Shown here piece after piece: positions 1 to 8,620 of a DNA stretch of 64,000 bases. Numbering within the stretch: position 1 is the stretch's first letter; each line of letters starts with the position of its first letter. Where the stretch lies: the NCBI GenBank assembly GCA_031291995.1, contig JARLHZ010000022.1, forward strand, positions 11,330-75,329. The letters are read 5' to 3'. The translations under genes were made by a program, and so were the position numbers. The stretch is from Candidatus Doudnabacteria bacterium (GTDB lineage Bacteria; Patescibacteriota; Doudnabacteria; UBA920). A model generated the notes under the pieces. The model had not been told where the DNA came from and searched no databases. It was given only the letters and a program-made list of their open reading frames with translations.

Positions 1-1
1 G

Positions 2-715
2 GTTTCCGGCAACAAGACCTATGATATCAAATTGGATCTAGGTACTGTCGGCACAGGAACGGGCACCGCGGGTAGCGACGTACGGGTAACCTTGGTATCT
101 TATACTGCCAATGGTTCTAACGGTACGCCGCACACGGGACCCTCCACTGGCTTTACCATCAACGGTTCCACTTCTGGTACAGCTCCTGGAAACCACATTT
201 ATGTTTACAACGCCGTCCCGTCCGTCACTTCTGCCGGCGGCAGCGGCACTTTGAGCACTGGTCAGCAGACTTTGTACACCTTCACAATTGGTGGCACCAA
301 TGTAACCTGGGATAAGATTGGCTTTAACGTCAATGTCGCCGGGTCTGGTGTATCAGTATCTACTACCACTTTGGGCGTGTATAACAGCTCTAACCAGTTA
401 GTTGCAAATGCCTGTTCTACGTACGATGGCAGCGGAAATACGTTCTGCACAGCCACCACCGAACAACCGACCGGCACCTTTACCTTAAAGGGTACTGTTG
501 CCGCCACCGGCGCTTTGACTGGTGCGTCTGTCAGCACTTACATTCCGATGTCCTCCAGCAGCCAGTCCAACGCGACTGCTTCTGCGCAGACCGGTTCATT
601 TGTCTGGTCAGATAACTCGGCTTCGGCCCATGATTTGACCACTTCCACCGACTGGTTCACGGACTACTTAGTCCAGAGCCTGCCGTTGACTTCTTACAGC
701 CTGACCCACAACTAA
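2..715 (+). CDS. C-terminal fragment of Thr/Ser/Gly-rich secreted/surface protein (5' end outside window)
   Basis: Frame 2 is open from position 2 with no stop before 713-715. Composition is T/S/G-rich and low complexity. A Cys pair (CSTYDGSGNTFC) sits near the C-terminus. An intrinsic terminator follows. Confidence 0.5.
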   Translation, partial: VSGNKTYDIKLDLGTVGTGTGTAGSDVRVTLVSYTANGSNGTPHTGPSTGFTINGSTSGTAPGNHIYVYNAVPSVTSAGGSGTLSTGQQTLYTFTIGGTNVTWDKIGFNVNVAGSGVSVSTTTLGVYNSSNQLVANACSTYDGSGNTFCTATTEQPTGTFTLKGTVAATGALTGASVSTYIPMSSSSQSNATASAQTGSFVWSDNSASAHDLTTSTDWFTDYLVQSLPLTSYSLTHN

Positions 716-771
716 GGGTTTAGCTTTAGTGAATAAACTGCCTTAAGCCAGTTGGAAAAAGCTTAAGCAAA

Positions 772-806
772 AACCCCCGCTTCGCAAGAAGCGGGGGTTT
801 TGTTTG
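772..806 (+). terminator. Rho-independent terminator (stem CCCCCGC / GCGGGGG, loop TTCGCAAGAA, T-run)
   Basis: GC-rich 7-bp stem followed by TTTTGTTTG, directly after the stop of the upstream CDS. Confidence 0.6.
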
Positions 807-820
807 CGGGTTAAGGCAAA

Positions 821-865
821 GTGTCAAAGGTGCTCTTTGCCAGTGGCAAAGAGCACCTTTGACAC
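821..865. repeat. REP doublet (REPIN-like): two inverted copies of 23-nt palindromic unit GTGTCAAAGGTGCTCTTTGCCAC
   Basis: GTGTCAAAGGTGCTCTTTGCCA-GTGGCAAAGAGCACCTTTGACAC. The same unit recurs at 3771, 7951, 8621 and 34481. Confidence 0.75.
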
Positions 866-888
866 TGGGAGCTGAATTGCGGCTGTGG

Positions 889-917
889 TTGATAAATAGG
901 GCCGCTGTTGGTATAAT
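889..917 (+). promoter_or_regulatory. Sigma70-like promoter TTGATA-17-TATAAT upstream of adhesin gene
   Basis: Near-consensus -35 and -10 hexamers with a 17-nt spacer, about 95 nt upstream of the ATG at 1012. Confidence 0.45.
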
Positions 918-1011
918 TAGTATGTCAGATGAGGGCAAATTTACACCATATTTACCATTTCATCCGTATAAATATTACGGAATTAGAAACCAAAAAATTA
1001 ATTAAGCATTT

Positions 1012-3585
1012 ATGAACATCAAACAAAAGATTCCGCTTTTTTTGGCAGCGGTTATTGTATTTTTAATGGCTTTGGGCAATGTTCCGGCCGCCCGGGCGGC
1101 TACACCGGTTTTGTCGCTGGCCTTAAACAGCAATGGCAATACTGTCCAGGTTACTGTTAACGGAGATCCTAACGCCAGCGTGATTTTTTATTACACTAAG
1201 ACAAACGTTGGCGCTCAAACGGCTTATTTGGGTTTGACTAATGCTAGCGGCGTTTTTTCCACCAACATTGACACCTCCTCTTACGTAATTGTCGCAAACA
1301 GTACGGCTTATGTTACGGTCGGCGGAATAAACGGGCTAAAATCAAACACCGTAACCTGGCCAAACGTTTCGGCTTCGGGGAATTTTTATGTGAGCCCGAC
1401 CAGCGTCGCGTTGTCATCCGGACAAACGTCAAGCATTACGGCGTACAATCTCGGGTCCTCGTCAGTTTACATGTCCAATAATTCCAATCCGCCAATTGCC
1501 AACGTAAACATTAACGGCAGCCAGATTACGGTTACCGCCCTGGGTTACGGATCTACCGTAATTAACCTGTGTATTCAGGGCAATACCGCAAATTGCGCCA
1601 GCGTATATGTGACGGTGCAAAACGGCAATGTTCAGGCGCTGACTTTTAGCATCAGTAATGTTACCGTGTCTCCGGGGCAGAGCGTGCCGGTAACCATAAC
1701 CGGCGGTACCGGAGTTTATTCCGTGCAGAATAATTCCAACTCTTCAGTTATTCAGGCCAGCATAAGCGGCAACATTATTACCCTAACTACCACCGCCACT
1801 TCGGGTAGCGGGGCGATTACCGTTTGTTCCTCGGATATGGGTTCCTGCGGCATTATTAATGTTACGGCAAGCAGTGTCAGCTCCACGCCGCTGGTATTTA
1901 GCCCGTTAAACCCTGTGCTTTCCATCGGGCAGGTGATGACCGTCGCGTTATCCAACGGTTCAACCGGCACTTATTTTGTTTCCGCCAATTCAAATTCCAC
2001 GGCCGTAACTGCAAGCGTTAGCGGCAGCAGTTTGTTGTTGACGGGTCTAGCTAACGGTTCATCTAATATTACCGTCTGTTCTTCGGCCGGTTCATGCGGC
2101 ACGCTTCCCGTTACGGTTAGTTATACTTCCAACGGCGGCGTACTTCAGCTTAGCCAATCAACCGTATCGCTTTTGGTGGGACAGGTTTTGAGCATTACGG
2201 TTTCCGGCGGCACCACGCCTTATAATTTATATCCGGCCACCCAGGGCTCCATATTCCAAGCCAGTTTAAGCGGCAACATAGTTACTTTGTCCGGCATTAG
2301 CGCCGGCTCGGCAACGGTTAACGTCTGTACGGCCGGGGGGGCATGCCAACTTTTATCCGTAATTGTAAACAGCTCGGGTGCCGGTACTCCGGTAACATTC
2401 AGCCAGAATAATTTGTCTATAAATGTGGGAGCCGTAACGGCCGTTGCCCTTTCCGGCGGCGGCGGGTATTACGTTTCCAACAGCTCCAACTCCAACGTGG
2501 CTTCGGTGCAGATTTCCGGAAGCGTGGCCGCGGTAACCGGCCTGGCAGCGGGAAGTACCAATATTTCCGTGTGCCAAAGCGGCGGGCAGTGCGCGATTTT
2601 GTTTGTTACCGTAACAAGCGGTTCTACGAGCGCTTTAATTCCCTCATTCAGCGCGGCTAATCCGACCATAGCGGTCGGGCAAACTTCCAGCGTAACGGTT
2701 TCCGGCGGTGCCGGGTCGAATTATTACATTTCGGCAAATTCCAATCCGAACGTTGCCAGTCTGAGCGTTTCGGGAAACGCTTTGCTGATTACCGGTTTGG
2801 CCCAGGGTTCCTCTTCGGTCGCGGTCTGCGCCACCGCAAACAGCTGCGGCGTATTGACGGTTACGGTCAGCGGAACCGCCCCGGCTTCAACTCCAATCAG
2901 TTTTGCCTCAGCCGCTTTGTCGGCGGCAACTACGGGACAGGCTTATAATTACCAGTTGCAGGCATCGGGCGGAAGCGGCAGTTTGGTTTATTCGGTTACC
3001 TCTGGAAATTTACCGGCGGGTCTGGTACTTTCCACCAGCGGGCTAATTTCCGGGACGACTAACGCCACGGGCATTAGCAATTTTACCGTAAAAGTTACCG
3101 ACGGTTCGGGGCAAACGGCTTCGGCTAGTTTTAATATTACGGGTGCTTTACCCTCCGCTCCTTCCGGGGTGGTTGTTCCCACGTCAACGCCTGTTAGTGC
3201 GGGAAATTTTTCCAGCGGGGAATTAATAAATGAAGGCGGAACTATTTATATTGTTTATCAAAACACCAAAGTCGGATTTGCGAACGCACCGGCATTTTTG
3301 GGGCTGGGTTTTAGTTTTGATAACGTGACGAATACGGACAATTCCGGGTTGGCCCTTTCCGATAAGGTTGTTGTTACAGCCGATGGCGCGCATCCCCGGG
3401 GCACATGGGTAATTAGCGGCCAGACCGTTTATTTTCTAACTCCGGCCGGACTGATACCGGTTTCGGACTGGAATACGTTTTTGGGCAACGGCGGCCAGGC
3501 CAGTTATATTGTTAAAGCCAACAGTTATGATATGGCGTTTAAACAGCTTCCGCTAATGACAGCCAATGACAGCCGGGTAAAATAG
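1012..3585 (+). CDS. Large secreted surface protein (adhesin-like) with signal peptide, six tandem ~85-aa Ig-like (Big-type) repeats each carrying a Cys-x4-6-Cys loop, plus a cadherin-like/putative-Ig domain
   Basis: N-terminal signal peptide (LFLAAVIVFLMALGNVPAARAA). Repeated motifs are VCSSxxGSCG, VCTAGGACQ, VCQSGGQCA and VCATANSCG at about 255-nt periodicity. The C-terminal motif 'LPAGL...SGLISGT...FTVKVTDG' is typical of dystroglycan/cadherin-like Ig domains. Confidence 0.8.
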   Translation: MNIKQKIPLFLAAVIVFLMALGNVPAARAATPVLSLALNSNGNTVQVTVNGDPNASVIFYYTKTNVGAQTAYLGLTNASGVFSTNIDTSSYVIVANSTAYVTVGGINGLKSNTVTWPNVSASGNFYVSPTSVALSSGQTSSITAYNLGSSSVYMSNNSNPPIANVNINGSQITVTALGYGSTVINLCIQGNTANCASVYVTVQNGNVQALTFSISNVTVSPGQSVPVTITGGTGVYSVQNNSNSSVIQASISGNIITLTTTATSGSGAITVCSSDMGSCGIINVTASSVSSTPLVFSPLNPVLSIGQVMTVALSNGSTGTYFVSANSNSTAVTASVSGSSLLLTGLANGSSNITVCSSAGSCGTLPVTVSYTSNGGVLQLSQSTVSLLVGQVLSITVSGGTTPYNLYPATQGSIFQASLSGNIVTLSGISAGSATVNVCTAGGACQLLSVIVNSSGAGTPVTFSQNNLSINVGAVTAVALSGGGGYYVSNSSNSNVASVQISGSVAAVTGLAAGSTNISVCQSGGQCAILFVTVTSGSTSALIPSFSAANPTIAVGQTSSVTVSGGAGSNYYISANSNPNVASLSVSGNALLITGLAQGSSSVAVCATANSCGVLTVTVSGTAPASTPISFASAALSAATTGQAYNYQLQASGGSGSLVYSVTSGNLPAGLVLSTSGLISGTTNATGISNFTVKVTDGSGQTASASFNITGALPSAPSGVVVPTSTPVSAGNFSSGELINEGGTIYIVYQNTKVGFANAPAFLGLGFSFDNVTNTDNSGLALSDKVVVTADGAHPRGTWVISGQTVYFLTPAGLIPVSDWNTFLGNGGQASYIVKANSYDMAFKQLPLMTANDSRVK

Positions 3586-3659
3586 GTAATAAATTGCCAA
3601 TACTGTCTTAAGCCTTTCGACTTCGCTCAAGACGAGCGACAGTTGCAAAAACTTAAGCC

Positions 3660-3718
3660 GCCTGCCGGATGGCAGGCCAGCCTGCCTGGAAGGCAGGCCC
3701 GCCTGCCGATGAGGCAGG
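3660..3718. repeat. Array of three consecutive ~19-nt hairpin units (GCCTGCC-N4/5-GGCAGGC) in 3' UTR
   Basis: gcctgccGGATggcaggc / gcctgccTGGAAggcaggc / gcctgccGATGAggcagg, each self-complementary. A further hairpin, tcgctcAAGAcgagcga, lies at about 3623-3640. Confidence 0.6.
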
Positions 3719-3760
3719 AAAACGCCCCGCCCCTTCGCAAGAATGGGCGGGGTTGTTTTA
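3719..3760 (+). terminator. Rho-independent terminator sharing the TTCGCAAGAA loop with the terminator at 772-806
   Basis: CGCCCCGCCCC-TTCGCAAGAATG-GGCGGGG followed by TTGTTTT. Confidence 0.6.
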
Positions 3761-3770
3761 TAGAAGCAGA

Positions 3771-3793
3771 GTGGCAAAGGTGCTCTTTGCCAC
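3771..3793. repeat. REP unit (GTGGCAAAGGTGCTCTTTGCCAC, perfect-stem variant)
   Basis: Sequence match to the REP family seen at 821, 7951, 8621 and 34481. It lies about 10 nt after the terminator, as at 821. Confidence 0.7.
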
Positions 3794-3808
3794 GCTTTAA
3801 ATCCGTTG

Positions 3809-3838
3809 TTTGACTTAAGGGTAATTAATGGCTAAAAT
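3809..3838 (+). promoter_or_regulatory. Promoter TTGACT-18-TAAAAT for hicBA, positioned for a leaderless transcript
   Basis: The -10 element ends 7 nt before the ATG at 3845. No Shine-Dalgarno sequence is present. Confidence 0.4.
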
Positions 3839-3844
3839 TAGATT

Positions 3845-4105
3845 ATGAAAACTTTCCGATACAATTTAGTTTTTCAATCCGAACCGGAAGGCGGGTTTAC
3901 AGTAATTGTTCCGGCCCTGCCGGGGTGCGTTAGCTATGGAAAAAATTTAAAGCAGGCCAAAGCCATGGCTCAGGACGCCATTACCGGCTATCTGCAAAGT
4001 TTGCGTAAACACGGCAAAAATATTCCAAACGATAACGACAGTTTTATAACAGTTACGGAAGTCAGTTTGGAGGAGAATAAATTTAAAAAAATCTCTTATG
4101 CCTAA
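3845..4105 (+). CDS. hicB: HicB-family antitoxin (UPF0150)
   Basis: 86 aa. The motif 'FTVIVPALPGCVSYGKNLKQAKAMAQDAITGYL' is typical of HicB N-terminal domains. It overlaps the downstream hicA by 8 nt. Confidence 0.7.
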   Translation: MKTFRYNLVFQSEPEGGFTVIVPALPGCVSYGKNLKQAKAMAQDAITGYLQSLRKHGKNIPNDNDSFITVTEVSLEENKFKKISYA

Positions 4106-4313
4106 GCTCCCGGTTTTGACGGCAAGGAGAATTATCAAACTTCTTAAACGCAACGGTTTTATTCTTGATCACGCAACTGGCGCCCACTATATTTTTTATA
4201 ACGCTGCCCGTGACCGCCATGTGACGGTTCCTTATCATGCCAAGGATTTGCCAAAAGGGACACTGCTTTCCATCCTTGACCAAGCCGGGTTGGACAGAAA
4301 AGACATAATATAA
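4098..4313 (+). CDS. hicA: HicA-family mRNA interferase toxin
   Basis: 71 aa. 'LTARRIIKLLKRNGFILDHATGAHYIF...HVTVPYHAKDLPKGTLLSILDQAGL' matches the YcfA/HicA family. It is translationally coupled to hicB. Confidence 0.75.
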   Translation: MPKLPVLTARRIIKLLKRNGFILDHATGAHYIFYNAARDRHVTVPYHAKDLPKGTLLSILDQAGLDRKDII

Positions 4314-4630
4314 GCCAAAAGAGCAGAGTTATACTGCAATGGCCATTATTTTATTTTTTAGTCCAAAGTTACCACAAAATCCCTGTCACTTTAGAAGCTC
4401 TCCTGGCAAAAATGAAGGCCGAGGATAAGCAGAAAACCGTTTCTGTAGAACGCTTTGAGATGCTGGAAAAATGGGCTGTGTTGGTCGGTAAAAAATTGGC
4501 ATTGAGCTGGAATTGTAAAATTTAAAGAAAATCTGTGTAAAACTTTTGTAAATATGGGGAATTTATATATTTTTCCTTTATTTACAGAAGTTTTTTATTT
4601 AATTACTATAACCCTATGAGTAATTTAATT

Positions 4631-4656
4631 GCCGCCCCCTCCGGGCGGTTTTTGTT
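4631..4656 (+). terminator. Orphan intrinsic terminator (CCGCCC-CCTCC-GGGCGG + TTTTT) in a 410-bp gene-free region
   Basis: GC stem plus T-run with no annotated upstream gene. It may terminate a small RNA or peptide transcribed from 4320-4630. Confidence 0.4.
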
Positions 4657-4726
4657 CGGTAATACGTAAAAATATAAATTATGTATACTTTAAGAAGGTG
4701 TAAAAATTAATCCCAAAGGGAAAAAC

Positions 4727-5047
4727 ATGACAAAAACACAAAAGGTTTGGTTAGGGCTTTTTATAGCAATAGTATTAGTTCCGGAAATTTTTTTGCAAAG
4801 TACGACACGCCTAATTCACGGAGTTTTTACACTCCAAGATATTGCCTTAGGCCACAAATATACAATAGTTCTTGTCCAAGCCGTCGCCTCGTTAATTTCC
4901 GCGGGTTTGCTATTTAGTTTAAGAAAGAACTTTCAACGTAAATGGCTGTGCTATTTATTGGTCGGTTTTTTTATACTATGGGCAATTGTGGGTTACTTGT
5001 CATATGATACGGCACTACACGCTGTCGTTGAATTTAGGGGTTTTTAA
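4727..5047 (+). CDS. Small hypothetical membrane protein (3 predicted TM helices)
   Basis: 106 aa with hydrophobic segments. No recognisable family. Confidence 0.4.
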   Translation: MTKTQKVWLGLFIAIVLVPEIFLQSTTRLIHGVFTLQDIALGHKYTIVLVQAVASLISAGLLFSLRKNFQRKWLCYLLVGFFILWAIVGYLSYDTALHAVVEFRGF

Positions 5048-5064
5048 AATATAACTGCTTGCTT

Positions 5065-7938
5065 ATGAAAAAAATATTATTTTGGTTGATTGTAATAATG
5101 CTTGTAACACCCGTATTTTCTTTTGCTGACTCAGGCGATGGCGGCGGTGGTAATCCACCGCAACCTTTTGAAGGGAACTGCGGATTTAATTATTGGTTAA
5201 GCAATGACGATAATATTTTTCAGGATTTCCATAGTCAGGAATATGTTAACGGACTATTAGAAATACATTTAATGTTCAACAGTACTACCGAAGGCTACAA
5301 TAATATTAACCACTATTTGGTTTTATATGACTCCGATTGCAATAAATATTTTTATTATGCGGATTTCGCGCAAGACCCGTCGTTAAATATTCCACCAAAT
5401 ACCAGCGGGGTTAGTTTGCGTTTTACGAGCCCAACACATTTTCAAGTTTGGGATGACGATCTTAATCAGCGCTTAGATTGCGACCAATGCGATGTTGATT
5501 TAAGTTCTTATGGTTTCCCTTCCGGCCTCCGCGCGTCTTTCCATCTTCAATTAAACGATTATGATAATAATAAGTACGATTGGGACTTTTCCGAAGGATT
5601 TCCGGTTCAGGAGCCGGTAACTGATCAAAAAACTCCGGTTTTAATAGTTCCCGGAATTTTAGGGACGAAAATAGTCAAACAAAGCGAGGTTTTGTGGCCG
5701 GATGTCGTGCGGATGGCGGCACCTTTAGGGGATGACAGTTTTATGGATCCTTTAATTTTAAACCCGGACGGTTCACCGTTGGATACAAGCGTTGCCATGC
5801 CGGACATTTTAAGGGAACCTTATCCAGGTGAGCATTTTTATGACGGGATAATTCAGTCGTTTATAGACCAGGGTTACGTAGAAAATAAAGATCTGTTTGT
5901 ATTTCCTTATGACTGGCGACAGGATATTTTCAAGACGGCTTATAATGAAGAGGAACAGGGTTTATCGTTAGACAAAAGAACCGACCTTGCGGGCAAAATA
6001 GATCAAATTTTGTCGAATACCGGAGCTGATAAAGTGGATATTATCGCTCATAGTCAGGGAGGTCTTGTTACTAAGCGCTTACTATTTGAGAAACCCTCAT
6101 ATCAGGATAAAATCCGCAAATTAGTTTTAGTAGGGGTTCCAAACTTTGGATCACCTCAAACCGCAAAGACTTTATTATATGGTGATAATATGGGAATAAT
6201 TTTCAAAAAGAACGGTATAAACCTAGGCCAACTAAACCCCGAAGAGTTAAAAAAAATGGGCCTGAATATGCCCTCGGCGTACGAATTATTGCCCAGTCCT
6301 TCTTATTTTCTCCATGAACCGCTTGGCTATATTTACGATTATTATCAATTTTACTTAAATACTTATCAGAAAAGCGCAAATTATTTAAAACAAAATAATT
6401 TAAACGGCCTTCTTATTGATAACGCCACAATTTTCCACGATTATAATTATGATAATTTTGATTTTAGTAAAACAGGAATTGAAACTTTTAACATAGTAGG
6501 TTGTGAGCAGGGGACGCTTGGCACATTGGTAACCAAAGCCAATGCAGATCAGCCGGGCTTATGGTTTACAGCCGGAGACGGTACGGTTCCTTTTAATTCC
6601 GCAAATCAGGCTAAAGGAGCAACAAGTTATTATATTCGGGGGGCAGTAGAGCATTCAAAAATGTTGAGTGATGCAAGTATTATGCCTTTAGCAACCGACT
6701 TGATAACAGGAGTTATTTTGCCGGCACCAGCTAATGTTGTCACAGATTCGTCCCAATGCCATTTCGATGGGACTGAAGTTTCCGTTCATAGCCCAGTCGA
6801 CTTAGATATTTATGATGAACATAACAATCATGTAGGTGTATCTAATAATGACAATAGTCCCTTTGTGGATTTGGGAGTTCCGGGGGCGCAATATGAAGAA
6901 ATAGGCCACAACAAGTTTGCTTTTTTACCGGCGGGACATACTTATAAGGTTCAGCTTAACGCGACCGGTGCGGGAAGTTTTAGTTTAGATTCTTCACAAA
7001 TTCAAAACGGGGGAGTGGTAGGAACCACACATTATGATTCAGTAAATATTACCGCCAGTTCAAAAGCGGAAGTAGATTTAACTTCGGGAAATAACCAGCC
7101 AATTAAACTTGATCTTAACGGCGACGGAACCGTTGACCAGACCATTCAGCCATCGTCCGTTCTTAATGCTGACCAGTCGCAGGATTTAGTCCCGCCGGTT
7201 TCTACTTCCACCATTGCGGGGATTATGGGGCAGGAGGGGTTTTATCGGAGTAATGCTACGGTTACATTGGTGGCCATTGACCCGCTTTTAGCCGGGCAGG
7301 AGAGCCAGACATCGGGAATTTTAAATATCCGCTATAGCCTGGACAACAGCGCGACCACAACTTACCAGAGTCCTGTAATTGTAACTGCCGAAGGGCCGCA
7401 TAGCATCAGTTTTTTTGCCACGGACAAAGCCGGGAATAACGAACCGGCGCAAACCGTCAGCTTTACCGTGGACAAGACCGCGCCGGAGGCAGTCATCCAG
7501 TTCAGCCCCAGCCTTAAAGACATCCAGTTTACCGGCAGCGACAATATTTCCACCACTTCCAAGGTCGCCGTACTGGACAAGGTTAACGATATTTTGTTAA
7601 CCGACCAGGCCGGCAACGTTACGGAAATAAAATTAAAAGAAAAAAACCGCAAAGCCAGTATGCAGTCCACCATCCAGTCGTTAAGCTACAACGGCACGGC
7701 TCAGGATGTCAGCAAGAACACCCTGGCGTTTGTTTGGCAATATGACAAAAAGAATAACCTAACCAAACTTACCCAAAACGTGGCCGCCAAAAAAACCTAT
7801 TATATTTTGGCCGTTTACAACGGCAAAAAAACCACCCTGGCCGGCCTCGACAAATCCGGCATAATTCTAAAATCTATTCCCGGTCTATCCCTGCTAAAAG
7901 TCACCACCAACAAAGGCGACTTGGGCTGGTCAATTTAA
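5065..7938 (+). CDS. Secreted alpha/beta-hydrolase lipase/esterase (PGAP1/LCAT-like, GxSxG = AHSQGG) with Cys-rich N-terminal region and C-terminal Ig-like (DKTAP-type) domains
   Basis: The ORF track starts at a TTG (5059). The first ATG is at 5065 (MKKILFWLIVIMLVTPVFSFA signal peptide). The motif 'PVLIVPGILGTK...DIIAHSQGGLVTKRL...LVGVPNFGSP' is typical of lipase class 2/PGAP1-like enzymes. Confidence 0.7.
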   Translation: MKKILFWLIVIMLVTPVFSFADSGDGGGGNPPQPFEGNCGFNYWLSNDDNIFQDFHSQEYVNGLLEIHLMFNSTTEGYNNINHYLVLYDSDCNKYFYYADFAQDPSLNIPPNTSGVSLRFTSPTHFQVWDDDLNQRLDCDQCDVDLSSYGFPSGLRASFHLQLNDYDNNKYDWDFSEGFPVQEPVTDQKTPVLIVPGILGTKIVKQSEVLWPDVVRMAAPLGDDSFMDPLILNPDGSPLDTSVAMPDILREPYPGEHFYDGIIQSFIDQGYVENKDLFVFPYDWRQDIFKTAYNEEEQGLSLDKRTDLAGKIDQILSNTGADKVDIIAHSQGGLVTKRLLFEKPSYQDKIRKLVLVGVPNFGSPQTAKTLLYGDNMGIIFKKNGINLGQLNPEELKKMGLNMPSAYELLPSPSYFLHEPLGYIYDYYQFYLNTYQKSANYLKQNNLNGLLIDNATIFHDYNYDNFDFSKTGIETFNIVGCEQGTLGTLVTKANADQPGLWFTAGDGTVPFNSANQAKGATSYYIRGAVEHSKMLSDASIMPLATDLITGVILPAPANVVTDSSQCHFDGTEVSVHSPVDLDIYDEHNNHVGVSNNDNSPFVDLGVPGAQYEEIGHNKFAFLPAGHTYKVQLNATGAGSFSLDSSQIQNGGVVGTTHYDSVNITASSKAEVDLTSGNNQPIKLDLNGDGTVDQTIQPSSVLNADQSQDLVPPVSTSTIAGIMGQEGFYRSNATVTLVAIDPLLAGQESQTSGILNIRYSLDNSATTTYQSPVIVTAEGPHSISFFATDKAGNNEPAQTVSFTVDKTAPEAVIQFSPSLKDIQFTGSDNISTTSKVAVLDKVNDILLTDQAGNVTEIKLKEKNRKASMQSTIQSLSYNGTAQDVSKNTLAFVWQYDKKNNLTKLTQNVAAKKTYYILAVYNGKKTTLAGLDKSGIILKSIPGLSLLKVTTNKGDLGWSI

Positions 7939-7950
7939 TCCAATTCGGCA

Positions 7951-7973
7951 GTGCCAAAGGTGCTCTTTGCCAC
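7951..7973. repeat. REP unit (GTGCCAAAGGTGCTCTTTGCCAC) flanking the 5' side of RAYT
   Basis: Family member lying 24 nt upstream of the RAYT start. Confidence 0.7.
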
Positions 7974-7996
7974 TATACTAAATAAGCGGATAGTTA

Positions 7997-8614
7997 ATGA
8001 ACTCAAGGGATTATAAAATCCTCCGGCCCGGAAATTATTATCATATTTTTAATCGGGGGAATAATAAAGAAAAAGTTTTCCTTGATAGCCAGGATTACGG
8101 GGTCTTTTTGATACGTTTAAAAATGGCTTTGGGCTTGTTGCAACTTAGCTTTAACAAGAATAGCCGTGTTCGCATTAGGCCATTGCCCCAAGGATCTTTT
8201 ACCATAATTTGTTACTGTTTAATGCCCAATCATTATCATTTTTTGATAAGGCAAAATTCCGGTATTGGAATAGACAAGCTAATTGCGAAAGTCTGTACCA
8301 GCTATGCAAAATATTTTAATTTAAAGTACGGACATATTGGTAATGTCTTTCAAGATCGTTTTAAATCAAAATTAGTAGATAGTGACTCTTATCTTACCTA
8401 CCTATCCGCCTACATTCACAACAATCCGGATCAACCGCTGGATTGGGAATATTCCAGCTTTCGCGACTATCTTGGCTTAAGACAAGGTCAGATTTGCGAT
8501 AAAACCTTTTTGCTGGGAATGTTTAATAATCGTCCCGACGATTATAGAAAATTTGTGTTGGATTTTTCCGAAGAAGGAGCAGCTAAGATTAAAGATTTGC
8601 TATTTGAAGAATAA
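7997..8614 (+). CDS. REP-associated tyrosine transposase (RAYT; IS200/IS605-like HUH transposase family, COG1943)
   Basis: 205 aa. The N-terminal 'YHIFNRGNNKEKVF' compares with 'GRYHVxNRGNxRQxIF' in E. coli RayT. The HuH motif is 'LMPNHYHFLI'. Downstream Tyr candidates lie in 'TSYAKYF'. REP copies flank the gene on both sides. Confidence 0.8.
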   Translation: MNSRDYKILRPGNYYHIFNRGNNKEKVFLDSQDYGVFLIRLKMALGLLQLSFNKNSRVRIRPLPQGSFTIICYCLMPNHYHFLIRQNSGIGIDKLIAKVCTSYAKYFNLKYGHIGNVFQDRFKSKLVDSDSYLTYLSAYIHNNPDQPLDWEYSSFRDYLGLRQGQICDKTFLLGMFNNRPDDYRKFVLDFSEEGAAKIKDLLFEE

Positions 8615-8620
8615 TTGGAA

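Noticed and set aside
3660-3718. Possible CRISPR array
   Set aside because: Only three contiguous 19-nt palindromic units with no intervening spacers and no cas genes. This fits a hairpin array, not CRISPR.
3553-3777. Minus-strand 74-aa ORF with QAGLPSRQAGLPS repeats
   Set aside because: It is wholly generated by the tandem hairpin array and terminator in the 3' UTR of the adhesin gene. It has no independent signals and opposes the local gene orientation.
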